Positions 49,040 to 57,703 of a stretch of 64,000 nucleotides of DNA are shown one piece after another (position 1 is the first letter of the stretch; each line of letters begins with the position of its first letter). Both the position numbers and the translations under genes were made by a program. The notes below the pieces were generated by a model. That model saw only the letters and a list, made by a program, of their open reading frames with translations, had not been told where the DNA came from and did no database searches. This stretch comes from an uncultured Solirubrobacterales bacterium. GTDB lineage: Bacteria; Actinomycetota; Thermoleophilia; Solirubrobacterales; Thermoleophilaceae. Location of the stretch: NCBI GenBank assembly GCA_963724115.1, contig CAVRSX010000002.1:578746-642745 (forward strand), read 5' to 3'.

Positions 49040-49939
49040 ATGCGCATCGACCAGATCCTGGAGCGGCTGGACCGGCCCGTGTTCTCGTTCGAGTTCTTTC
49101 CGCCCAAGACCGACAAGGGCTTCGCCAACCTGCGCACCACGATCGACGCCCTGCGCAATGACGCGCCAGATTTCGTCTCGGTGACCTACGGGGCGCTGGG
49201 CAGCACGCGCGACCGCACCCTGGACATCGTCAAGTGGATCAATCAGGACCTGGACATCGAGGCGATGGCGCACTTCACCTGCGTCGGCGCCACGCGCGAG
49301 GAGCTGTCGGAGACGCTGCGCGAGATGGAGTCCGCCGGCGTGGACAACGTGCTGGCCCTGCGCGGCGATCCGCCCCAGGGCGAGAGCGAGTGGAAGCCCA
49401 CCCCTGGCGGGCTGCTGTACTCGACCGAGCTGATCGAGCTGCTGCACCAGGACTTCGAGTTCTCCGTCGGCGCGGCCGCCTTCCCGGAGGTCCACCCCGA
49501 GGCCGAGAGCGCCAGGTCCGACCTGGAGTTCCTCAAGGCCAAGCAGGACGCCGGCGCCAGCTTCTTCATCACCCAGCTGTTCTTCGACAACGAGTTCTAC
49601 TTCGACTTCGTGGCAAAGGCGCGCGACATGGGCATCACGGTGCCGATCATCCCGGGCATCATGCCCGTGACATCGGTCCAGAACATCAAGCGCATCACCG
49701 AGCTGTGCAAGTCCGAGATCCCGCCCGCGTTCGAGCGTGAGCTGGACCGGCGCGAGGACGACACCGAGGCGGTCGAGGACCTGGGCGTGGCCTACTCAAC
49801 CCTCCAGTGCGTGGACCTGCTCTCACGCGGCGCCCCGGGGATCCACTTCTACACGCTGAACCGCTCGCCCGCCACGCGCGCCATCCTGGCCGCGCTGCGC
49901 GCCGCCCAGCCCTGGACCAGGGCCTGGCAGCCCGTCTGA
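49040..49939 (+). CDS. metF: Methylenetetrahydrofolate reductase
   Basis: FSFEFFPPKTDKG...FVSVTYGALGSTR...AHFTCVG...VLALRGDPP...FITQLFFD are canonical MetF blocks. Confidence 0.92.
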   Translation: MRIDQILERLDRPVFSFEFFPPKTDKGFANLRTTIDALRNDAPDFVSVTYGALGSTRDRTLDIVKWINQDLDIEAMAHFTCVGATREELSETLREMESAGVDNVLALRGDPPQGESEWKPTPGGLLYSTELIELLHQDFEFSVGAAAFPEVHPEAESARSDLEFLKAKQDAGASFFITQLFFDNEFYFDFVAKARDMGITVPIIPGIMPVTSVQNIKRITELCKSEIPPAFERELDRREDDTEAVEDLGVAYSTLQCVDLLSRGAPGIHFYTLNRSPATRAILAALRAAQPWTRAWQPV

Positions 49940-49942
49940 CCC

Positions 49943-50962
49943 CTAGGTCGCCCGCCAGCGCTCGGGGTCTGAGCCGTCCACCTTGGCGGCCTTGCCCTCG
50001 GCCTCCAGGTGGCGCAGGTAGGCCAGCGTCTCGGCCAAGCCCCAGTTGACCAGCATCGGGTTCAGGTCCTCTGTCTGCAGCAGCTTGGGCACGATCTCGA
50101 ACGGCGTCAGCTCGGCGGCATCGATGGCGTCGCGCACCCGGCCCATGCGCTCGTACACCGCCTCGCGATTGGCTCTGACGAGTCCCCGGAGATCGCGCAC
50201 CGGCTTGCCGTGCCCCGGCAGGATCAGGTCGGTCGGGAGGCGCTCGACCGTGTCCAGGCTGGCCAGGAACTCGCCCGCCGGATCGGGCGTCCAGCCGAAG
50301 TCGTAGTACAGCGACACGCGGCCGATGAGGTGGTCGCCCGAGACCATCAGCTTGCGGTCGGGCTGGTGCAGGACCACGTGCGACGGTGCGTGGCCGGGCG
50401 TCTCGTGCACCTGCCAGCGACCCAGGTCGGTCTGCACCTCGACCCCGGGCAGCAGGTGCCGGTCGGGCTCCACCAGCCGCGCCACGCCGCTTCCGGTGCC
50501 GGTGCGCGCCTCGCGCGCGGCCTCCACCGACTCCACCGGCACGCCGCTCTGCAGCGCCACCTCCAGCCGCCGGTTCATCTGCGCGTCGGGGTCCTCGACC
50601 AGCTTGCGCATGTGCTCGTCGTTGTGGTGCATCCACAGCTCGCATCCCGACGCGTCGATGATCGGCCCGGCCAGCCCGTAGTGGTCGGAGTGCGCGTGCG
50701 TGCACACCAGCAGCCGCACGTGCTCGAGCCGCAGGCCGGCCTGGCCCAGCGCCAGCTCCAGCTGGCCCAGCGCCCCCGGCTGGTCCATCCCGGTGTCGAA
50801 CATCACCACGCCGTCGCCCGCCGCGACCACCCAGGCGTTGCCGTGCGGAACGCCCGGCCACGGCAGCGGCAGACGCAGCCGCCACACGCCCGGCAACACC
50901 CGATCGGCGCGGGCCAGCTCCTTGCGCTTGCGGGGTCTGGCGCGGTAGCGATCGTCGGTCAT
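49943..50962 (-). CDS. MBL-fold metallo-hydrolase
   Basis: HxHxDH motif as CTHAHSDHYG, later HETPGHAPSHV, and GDHLIG. Confidence 0.85.
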   Translation of the reverse strand: MTDDRYRARPRKRKELARADRVLPGVWRLRLPLPWPGVPHGNAWVVAAGDGVVMFDTGMDQPGALGQLELALGQAGLRLEHVRLLVCTHAHSDHYGLAGPIIDASGCELWMHHNDEHMRKLVEDPDAQMNRRLEVALQSGVPVESVEAAREARTGTGSGVARLVEPDRHLLPGVEVQTDLGRWQVHETPGHAPSHVVLHQPDRKLMVSGDHLIGRVSLYYDFGWTPDPAGEFLASLDTVERLPTDLILPGHGKPVRDLRGLVRANREAVYERMGRVRDAIDAAELTPFEIVPKLLQTEDLNPMLVNWGLAETLAYLRHLEAEGKAAKVDGSDPERWRAT

Positions 50963-51039
50963 TGCGCAATCACTCTTTCACGCCCGCGAGCACGGTGTTC
51001 GCCCAGAACTCCGCATATGTAGAGTGGTTCAAGCAGTAA

Positions 51040-54000
51040 ATGGCCACCCAGGGAACCACTGTTCAGATCAAAATGCCGACCGTCGGGGAGTCGGTGAACG
51101 AAGGCATCGTCCTGGAATGGCTCGTGCAGGTTGGCGACACCGTCGCCGAGGGCCAGGACCTGGTGGAGATGTCCACCGACAAGGTCGACGCGCCCGTGCC
51201 GTCCACGGTGACCGGCGTGGTCACCAAGCTCCTGGTCGAAGTCGATCAGACCGTGACCGTGGGTGATCCGCTGTGCGAGATCGAGGCGGGCGACGCCCCG
51301 GCGGCCCCGGAGCCCTCCGGCAACGGCTCGGCGGCCGACGACGACGCCGCGCCCGAGGGCGGCGGCGAGATCGTGGACGTGACGCTCCCCGAGATGGGCG
51401 ACTCGGTGGTCGAGGGCACGCTGCTGGAGTGGGTAGTGAAGGTGGGCGACCAGGTCTCAGAAGGCGACGACCTGGCCGAGATGTCGACCGACAAGATCGA
51501 CGCCGCGCTGCCCGCACCGGTGTCCGGAACCGTCATCGAGCTGCTGGCCGAGCCGGACGAAACCGTGGCTGTGGGTGCGGTGCTGTGCCGGATCGAGGCT
51601 ACCCCATCCGGGGCACGCAGCGGCGCCGGGGCCGCCCCGAGCGACCCCGCCCCTGCAGCAAAGGACAAGCCCGCCGCGGCTTCCGCCGCGACCCCCACCC
51701 CGTCCGGCAACGGCGACGCCACCCCGGTGGCCGCGCGGTTCGCCGCCGACCAGGGCGTGGACACCTCGAAGCTGACCGGCACCGGCCCGCGCGGTCGGGT
51801 GACCAAGGCCGACGTCCAGAATGCCGCCACCGGCAACGGCGCCGGCGGCAAGGCCGCCTCTGCGCCGCCCGCCCCCGTGCCCGAGGGCGCCGAGACCACG
51901 GTGATCCGCGGCCCCGCCGCCACCCTGGCGCGGTTCATGGACCTGAGCCGCTCGATCCCCACCGCCACCAGCTTCCGCACCCTGTCCGTTGGCGAGCTGG
52001 CCGACCGCCGCGCACAACTCAAGGGCGCCGGCAAGAAGCTCTCGTTCACCCACCTGATCGCGTGGGCCATCGTGCGCGCCGCTGGCGACGACATGCCGGT
52101 CATGGCCAACTCGTTCACCGAGGTGGACGGCAAGCCCCACCGCGTCACGCCGTCGGCCGTGAGCCTGGGCCTGGCCGTGGACGCCGAGCGCAAGGACGGC
52201 AGCCGCACGTTGATCGTGCCCGTGATCAAGAACGCGTCCGCCATGAGCTTCGACGAGTTCGTCGCCGCCTACGACGAAGCCGTGTTCGGCGCCCGCGACA
52301 ACAAGCTGGGGCCGGACGCCTACACGGGCGCCAACATCACGCTCACCAACCCCGGCGGCATCGGCACCGTGGCGTCGGTGCCGCGGCTGATGCCGGGCCA
52401 GGGCACGATCGTGGCCACCGGCTCGATCGCCTTCCCGCCCGGCATGGGCGCGGTAGAACCCGAGACGCTGACCGAGCTGGGCGTGCAGAAGGTCATGACG
52501 ATGACCTCTACCTACGACCACCGCGTGATCCAGGGTGCCGAGTCCGGCGCGTTCCTCAAGCGCGTGGACGAGTTGCTGTCCGGCCAGGACGACTTCTACG
52601 GCAAGGTGTTCGCCGCGCTGGGCGTAGACGGCGCCCACGTCCAGAGCTCGGCCGACAGTGACGCCGCCGTGACCCCAACCGATCCGGTGCCCGCCGTGGC
52701 ACCGGCCCCGGGCGGCGCCGTGGACGAGGCGCTGCTGCAGGCCGTGCAGGCCGCCACCTCGGTGGTCAAGGCCCACCGCATGCAGGGGCACCTGGCCGCG
52801 CGGCTGGACCCGCTGGGCTCTGTGCCCCGTGGCGACCCCGCACTGCTGCCCGAGTCGGTGGACCTCACCCCCGAGCTGATGGAGCGCATCCCCGCCTCGG
52901 TGCTGCGCATGGCCGTCCCGGGCAAGACCTTCGCCGACGCGCTGCCGCACCTGAACGACACCTACTGCGGCACGATCGCCTACGAGATCGAGCACATCGC
53001 CGGCCCCAACCGGCGCGTGTGGCTGCGCAAGGCGATCGAGTCGGGCGAGTTTCGCGTAGAGCTCGATGCCGACGAGCGCAAGCGGCTGCTGCGCCGGCTG
53101 TCGCAGGTCGAGTCGCTGGAGAAGTACCTGCACAAGGCGTTCCTCGGCAAGAAGCAGTTCTCGATCGAGGGCCTGGACGCGATGGTGCCGATGCTGGACG
53201 AGGCGATCGAGCTGACCAGCCGCAGCGGCGCCCGCGAGGTGATCCTGGGCATGGCCCACCGCGGCCGCCTGAACGTGCTGGCCCACACCGTCGGCCGCCC
53301 GTACGAGTCGATCCTGGTGGAGTTCGAGGGCGAGCAGACGCTGTCGGCCGACACCGCGGCGCCCGAGGGCGGAACCGGCGACGTGAAGTACCACTACGGC
53401 GCCAAGGGCACCTACAAGACCCAAGAGGGCAAGGATGTGACGGTCACGCTGGCGCCCAACCCCAGCCACCTGGAGTACGTGAACCCGGTGATCGAGGGCA
53501 GCGCGCGCGCGGACCAGACGTCGCGCAACGGCCGCGAGCTCTCGCACGACCCCAGCGTGGTGGTGCCGCTCCTGATCCACGGTGACGCCTCGTTCCCGGG
53601 CCAGGGCATCGTGGCCGAGACGCTCAACCTCCAGGCGCTGTCCGGCTACAGCACCGGCGGCACGATCCACATCATCGCCAACAACCAGTTGGGCTTCACA
53701 ACCGACCCGAACGACTCGCGCTCCACCCGCCACGCGTCGGACCTGGCGAAGGGCTTCGACCTGCCGATCATCCACGTGAACGCCGACGACGTGGAGGCCT
53801 GCATCGCCGCCATGCGGCTGGCCGTGGCCTTCCGCAACGAGTTCGGGCGCGACGTGCTGATCGACCTGGTCGGCTACCGCCGCTTCGGGCACAACGAGAC
53901 AGACGAGCCGGCCTACACCCAGCCGCAGATGTACGAGGCAATCAAGGCCCACCCGCCGGTGCGCGAGGTGTACGCCAAGCAGCTGGAGGAGCAGAACGTG

Positions 54001-55356
54001 GTCTCGGCCGCCGACGCCGAGAGCCTGGCCGCCGAGTGCTACGAGAAGGTGGCGTCCGCCCACACCGAGCTCAAGGACACCATGGCCGGGCCGCCCGACA
54101 CCGGCCGCCACGAGATCGACACCACGATGAGCCGGGAGCCCAAGACCACGCTCCCGGAGGACACGCTGCGCTCGCTCAACGAGCAGCTGCTGCGTGTGCC
54201 CGACGGCTTCAACGTGCACCGCAAGCTCAAGCCTTTCCTGGACCGCCGCCGCGCCGCCGCGGCCGAAGATGGGCGCGTGGACTGGGCGCACGCCGAGTCG
54301 CTGGCCTTCGCCTCCCTGCTCGCCCTTGGCGTGCCGGTGCGCATGACCGGCCAGGACACCGAGCGCGGCACGTTCAGCCAGCGCCACCTGGTCTTCCACG
54401 ACTCCGAGAACGGCGACCGCTTCATCCCGCTGCAGAACATCAGCAGCGCCGTGGCCCCGTTCGAGCTTCACAACAGCCCGCTCTCCGAGCAGGCCTGCGT
54501 GGGGTTCGAGTACGGCTACTCGGCAGCCGACCCCGAGGCGCTGGTGCTGTGGGAGGCCCAGTTCGGCGACTTCGTGAACTCCGCCCAGGTGATCCTGGAC
54601 CAATTCCTGGTGTCCGGCCTGGCCAAGTGGGGCGCCACCTCACGCCTGACGCTGTTGCTGCCCCACGGCTACGAGGGCTCGGGCCCCGAGCACTCCTCCG
54701 GCCGCATCGAGCGCTTCCTCCAGGCCTGCGCCGAGGGCAACATGCGCGTGGCCAACACCACCACGCCGGCGCAGTACTTCCACCTGCTGCGCCGCCAGGC
54801 GCTGGTCTCCAAGGCCCGGCCGCTAGTGCTGATGACGCCCAAGAGCCTGCTGCGGCTGCCGGCCGCGACCTCGTCGCTCGAGGACCTCTACGGGGGCGGC
54901 TTCCAGCGCGTGCTCGACGACCCCGCGGCGCCGGAGGACCGCACCAAGGTCACAAAGCTGGTGCTGTGCTCGGGCAAGGTCTACTACGACATCGCCGCCA
55001 ACGACGATCGCGAGCAGCAGGACCACATAGCCGTGGCCCGCGTCGAGATGCTCTACCCGTTCCCCGAAGAGGAGTTGAGGGAGCTCATGAAGAGCTATCC
55101 CAACCTCGAGCGCGTGGTGTGGGTCCAGGAGGAGCCGCGCAACATGGGCCCGCGTGCCTACATGCGCCGGCGGATGGCGGCCATCCTCCCCGAGCACCTG
55201 CACTACTTCTACGTGGGGCGCCAGCTGCGCGCCGCGCAGAGCGAGGGCTACGCGGCCGCGCACCGCAAGGAGCAGGCGCGGATCGTGCGCGTGGCGCTGG
55301 ACCTGGAGGACGACGTGCTCGAGCGCGACGCCTCCGCCGAGCGGCCGCGGCTCTAG
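51040..55356 (+). CDS. Single-polypeptide 2-oxoglutarate dehydrogenase: two lipoyl domains, PSBD, E2o succinyltransferase catalytic domain and E1o (Kgd/OdhA-like but with lipoyl domains)
   Basis: Lipoyl motifs EMSTDKV (Lys codon 51181-51183) and EMSTDKI (51493-51495). PSBD ATPVAARFAADQGVDTSKLTGTGPRGRVTKADV. E2 catalytic motif TSTYDHRVIQGAESG. E1o blocks GMAHRGRLNVLAH, HGDASFPGQG, GYRRFGHNE. One uninterrupted 1438-codon ORF. Confidence 0.9.
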   Translation: MATQGTTVQIKMPTVGESVNEGIVLEWLVQVGDTVAEGQDLVEMSTDKVDAPVPSTVTGVVTKLLVEVDQTVTVGDPLCEIEAGDAPAAPEPSGNGSAADDDAAPEGGGEIVDVTLPEMGDSVVEGTLLEWVVKVGDQVSEGDDLAEMSTDKIDAALPAPVSGTVIELLAEPDETVAVGAVLCRIEATPSGARSGAGAAPSDPAPAAKDKPAAASAATPTPSGNGDATPVAARFAADQGVDTSKLTGTGPRGRVTKADVQNAATGNGAGGKAASAPPAPVPEGAETTVIRGPAATLARFMDLSRSIPTATSFRTLSVGELADRRAQLKGAGKKLSFTHLIAWAIVRAAGDDMPVMANSFTEVDGKPHRVTPSAVSLGLAVDAERKDGSRTLIVPVIKNASAMSFDEFVAAYDEAVFGARDNKLGPDAYTGANITLTNPGGIGTVASVPRLMPGQGTIVATGSIAFPPGMGAVEPETLTELGVQKVMTMTSTYDHRVIQGAESGAFLKRVDELLSGQDDFYGKVFAALGVDGAHVQSSADSDAAVTPTDPVPAVAPAPGGAVDEALLQAVQAATSVVKAHRMQGHLAARLDPLGSVPRGDPALLPESVDLTPELMERIPASVLRMAVPGKTFADALPHLNDTYCGTIAYEIEHIAGPNRRVWLRKAIESGEFRVELDADERKRLLRRLSQVESLEKYLHKAFLGKKQFSIEGLDAMVPMLDEAIELTSRSGAREVILGMAHRGRLNVLAHTVGRPYESILVEFEGEQTLSADTAAPEGGTGDVKYHYGAKGTYKTQEGKDVTVTLAPNPSHLEYVNPVIEGSARADQTSRNGRELSHDPSVVVPLLIHGDASFPGQGIVAETLNLQALSGYSTGGTIHIIANNQLGFTTDPNDSRSTRHASDLAKGFDLPIIHVNADDVEACIAAMRLAVAFRNEFGRDVLIDLVGYRRFGHNETDEPAYTQPQMYEAIKAHPPVREVYAKQLEEQNVVSAADAESLAAECYEKVASAHTELKDTMAGPPDTGRHEIDTTMSREPKTTLPEDTLRSLNEQLLRVPDGFNVHRKLKPFLDRRRAAAAEDGRVDWAHAESLAFASLLALGVPVRMTGQDTERGTFSQRHLVFHDSENGDRFIPLQNISSAVAPFELHNSPLSEQACVGFEYGYSAADPEALVLWEAQFGDFVNSAQVILDQFLVSGLAKWGATSRLTLLLPHGYEGSGPEHSSGRIERFLQACAEGNMRVANTTTPAQYFHLLRRQALVSKARPLVLMTPKSLLRLPAATSSLEDLYGGGFQRVLDDPAAPEDRTKVTKLVLCSGKVYYDIAANDDREQQDHIAVARVEMLYPFPEEELRELMKSYPNLERVVWVQEEPRNMGPRAYMRRRMAAILPEHLHYFYVGRQLRAAQSEGYAAAHRKEQARIVRVALDLEDDVLERDASAERPRL

Positions 55357-55988
55357 CCGGGCCAGCCCTCGACGCCGCGCAGGGGCTCCAGCAGGGCGTC
55401 GTCGTCCGCCTTCGCGCGCAGTCCGGGCGATAGCTCGAGCGCCCTGTGCAGTTCCTCCAGCGCAAGCTCGTACTCGCCCGTCTGGGCGTGGCAGCACGCC
55501 AGCCGGAACTGCACGATGCCGGTATCGATGTGCTCCCCGGCCTCGCGGTCCAGAGTCTCGGCCGCTTCCGCCCAGTCGCCTCGGCGCATCGCATCCTGGG
55601 CCAGGAAGATCGGCTCCCACGGCAGCGAGTGGTAGGCCTGGTCAGGCCAGCCGCCGACCGCGAGCACGACCGTGTCGTCCTCCAGCGCGACGCCGGCGCG
55701 GCGAACCGCCGGATCGGGGAGGAACACCACGTCGCCTTCCCGGGCCTCGGTGTACTCCCCACCGATCTCCATCCGGACCGAGCCACGGATGACGACGTAC
55801 ATCTCCTCCTGGCCGGGGGACTCCACGTGATCCTCAATCACGGCATCGCCGGCGTGGTCCGCTCGATAGGCGTTCGTGCCGAATGCGCCGGCACCCAGCC
55901 TTCGCCGCACTGGGATCCATCCCAGGGAACCGCCGAGAACCAGGACGGCCTCGTCGTCGAAGAGCGAGAGCGTTCGAAACGAGCCCAC
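55353..55988 (-). CDS. Cupin-domain protein with a C-terminal TPR-like segment
   Basis: Cupin beta-barrel block (EEMYVVIRGSVRMEIGGEYTEAREGDVVFLP), then a helical TPR-like end (RRGDWAEAAETL...HAQTGEYELALEELHRALEL). Confidence 0.65.
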   Translation of the reverse strand: MGSFRTLSLFDDEAVLVLGGSLGWIPVRRRLGAGAFGTNAYRADHAGDAVIEDHVESPGQEEMYVVIRGSVRMEIGGEYTEAREGDVVFLPDPAVRRAGVALEDDTVVLAVGGWPDQAYHSLPWEPIFLAQDAMRRGDWAEAAETLDREAGEHIDTGIVQFRLACCHAQTGEYELALEELHRALELSPGLRAKADDDALLEPLRGVEGWPG

Positions 55989-56014
55989 CCGGCAAGCGTA
56001 ACCGCGCGGCTAGA

Positions 56015-56584
56015 TCAGAAGTTCTTGGGGTGGCGCGCCACGAAAGCGGCCGAGCGGCGCAGCGTCTTGCTCCAGCGCGGGCCGGTGTTCGGTCCCGGAG
56101 CGTTGCTGTCACGCATCGAGGTGTCGAAGCGCAGGCCGGCCACCACCACGTAGGCGTGGCCGCCGTGCGCATAGACGGTGATCCAGCGCCCGGTGCCGCG
56201 CCGGCCCCAGTTCATCAGCGAGCCCGACGCCATCGGCGTCTTCAGGAAGCGCCCGCCACGCAACGCGTGGCTGACGGCGCCACTGCAGTCGTAGCCGGCG
56301 GCCAGGCCGGAGGAGGTGGCGCCGTGGCCGCCGCCCCAGCGATAGGGCTTTTTCACGATCTGGTTCGCGGCGGCGATCACGCGCTTGACCTTGGCGGGGG
56401 CGCCGGCAGGGGCCAGCACGCGGCCGCTCTTGAGCAGCTTCGCCTTCTTCGGCGGGGGCGGCGGCGGCACGAACTGGGCGCCACCGGTGTTGGCAGCGGA
56501 GGCGCTGCCCGCACCCAGGAGGGCCAAAACGGCGAACGCCGCAAGGGCGCACGCAAGCAAGTGTGGGCGGAAACGTTGAGTCAT
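56015..56584 (-). CDS. Secreted NlpC/P60 (C40)-like cell-wall hydrolase
   Basis: Signal peptide (LACALAAFAVLALLGAGSASA), Pro-rich linker, YRWGGGHG...GYDCSGAVSHAL catalytic-Cys motif and a later His. It lies directly downstream of the c-di-AMP riboswitch. Confidence 0.75.
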   Translation of the reverse strand: MTQRFRPHLLACALAAFAVLALLGAGSASAANTGGAQFVPPPPPPKKAKLLKSGRVLAPAGAPAKVKRVIAAANQIVKKPYRWGGGHGATSSGLAAGYDCSGAVSHALRGGRFLKTPMASGSLMNWGRRGTGRWITVYAHGGHAYVVVAGLRFDTSMRDSNAPGPNTGPRWSKTLRRSAAFVARHPKNF

Positions 56585-56593
56585 CTCTCTCGG

Positions 56594-56715
56594 ACGCCTG
56601 CGGGGTTAGCTGTCGGGCTCGCGCTGAAAGAGCTGCGCGCCGGAAACGATCTTCCGGTTGGCCCCGGGGACTGATGTGGGTCCCCCGCTCCGCGTGGGTA
56701 ACGCGGATTCGGCGT
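56594..56715 (-). promoter_or_regulatory. ydaO/yuaA-type cyclic-di-AMP riboswitch in the 5' leader of the NlpC/P60-like gene
   Basis: The minus-strand RNA reads ACGCCGAAUC-hairpin-GAGCGGGGGACCCA...GAGCCCGACAGCUAACCCCGCAGGCGU. This matches the conserved ydaO blocks as I remember them from B. subtilis (CGCUUAAUC..GAGCGGGGGACCCA ... CCCGUCAGCUAACCUCGUAAGCGU). P1 is ACGCC/GGCGU, and its 3' strand ends 9 nt before the ATG. Confidence 0.72.
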
Positions 56716-56785
56716 TGTTAGGGGCCAAGAACACCAGCGCCCGCTAAAGGTTGCGCGCCGCTATGTGAGGTGCATCACAGAGCGC

Positions 56786-57589
56786 TCAGCGCTTGTGGGC
56801 CTGGCCCTTGGCCAGATTGGCCGCCAAATCGCGGCTGCCCAGCTTGCGCTGCGCAGCGCCCACCATGCCCGGCGCGATGCCGGCGGCGATCGATCCCAGC
56901 CGCAGGCTGAGCGGCGCCACGTCGACCTCGGGCTTGTTGCGCTCGATGCCGCGGATCACGCCCTCAGCCACCTGCTCGGGTGTCCGCGTGCCCACGCCCT
57001 TCGGTAGCTCGGTGTTGCTCTCGTGGAACATGCCCGCGTCGCGGATGAAGCCGGGGAACACGGTGGTGACGCCGACCCCGGTTCCCACCAGATCCTCGCG
57101 CAGGCCGAGCGCGTAGCCGCGCATGCCGAACTTGGTTGCCGAGTACAGCGAGCTGCCGGGGCTGGCCGTCTTGCCCGACAGCGACGAGATGAACACCAGG
57201 TGGCCCGAGCCGCGCTGGACCATCGGCCCGGCCAGCTCGCGAGCCAGATGCAGCGGCGCGCGCAGGTTCACGTCCAGCGCGCGGTCGACCTCGTCGCCGC
57301 TGAACGAGTCGTAGCGACCGGAGGCGGGCAGGGCCGCGTTGGCCACCAGCACGTCGATCTGGCCCGCGCGCCCGGGCAGTGCCTGCACCTCGGCCGCGTC
57401 GGCCAGGTCCGCGGGCAACGCCTCCACCCGGTCGCCGAGGTCGGCGACGAGGCGGTCCAGCACCTCCTTGCGACGGGCGGTTGCCACGACGGTGGCGCCG
57501 CGGGCGTGCAGGGCGCGCACGATGGCTTCGCCGATGCCTCCGGATGCACCGGTTACAAGGGCACGACTTCCAGCCAGATTCACGCTCAT
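56786..57589 (-). CDS. SDR-family oxidoreductase
   Basis: Starts MSVNLAGSRALVTGASGGIG (TGxxxGxG), with catalytic YSATK. The 768-aa ORF extending upstream is antisense junk. Confidence 0.85.
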   Translation of the reverse strand: MSVNLAGSRALVTGASGGIGEAIVRALHARGATVVATARRKEVLDRLVADLGDRVEALPADLADAAEVQALPGRAGQIDVLVANAALPASGRYDSFSGDEVDRALDVNLRAPLHLARELAGPMVQRGSGHLVFISSLSGKTASPGSSLYSATKFGMRGYALGLREDLVGTGVGVTTVFPGFIRDAGMFHESNTELPKGVGTRTPEQVAEGVIRGIERNKPEVDVAPLSLRLGSIAAGIAPGMVGAAQRKLGSRDLAANLAKGQAHKR

Positions 57590-57703
57590 CGGCTGATTAT
57601 TACTCCCGGGCGCCGGTTGATGCCGGCGCAGCGACCCCATAGCCTCAACGCGAGGAGCGGCCTCGCCGTCCGGCCAGGCCGGATCGACCGAGGGAGAAGA
57701 GCC

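Noticed and set aside
51457-54603. 1048-aa minus-strand ORF antisense to the E2o-E1o gene.
   Set aside because: The + strand frame carries unmistakable lipoyl, E2 and E1o motifs over the same interval. The antisense translation is repetitive G/R/A/V-rich with no motifs.
57590-57703. Possible SAM or cobalamin riboswitch upstream of the metE-like gene. The region has GCCGG-N6-CCGGC hairpins and a CTCCCGG…CCGAGGGAG long-range pairing that could mask the RBS-like GGGAGAAG.
   Set aside because: The 114-nt gap is shared with the divergent SDR gene and is too short for a B12 element. I could not find the conserved cores of the SAM-I/IV, SAM-II or B12 classes. It may still be a simple RBS-sequestering leader, but the evidence is insufficient.
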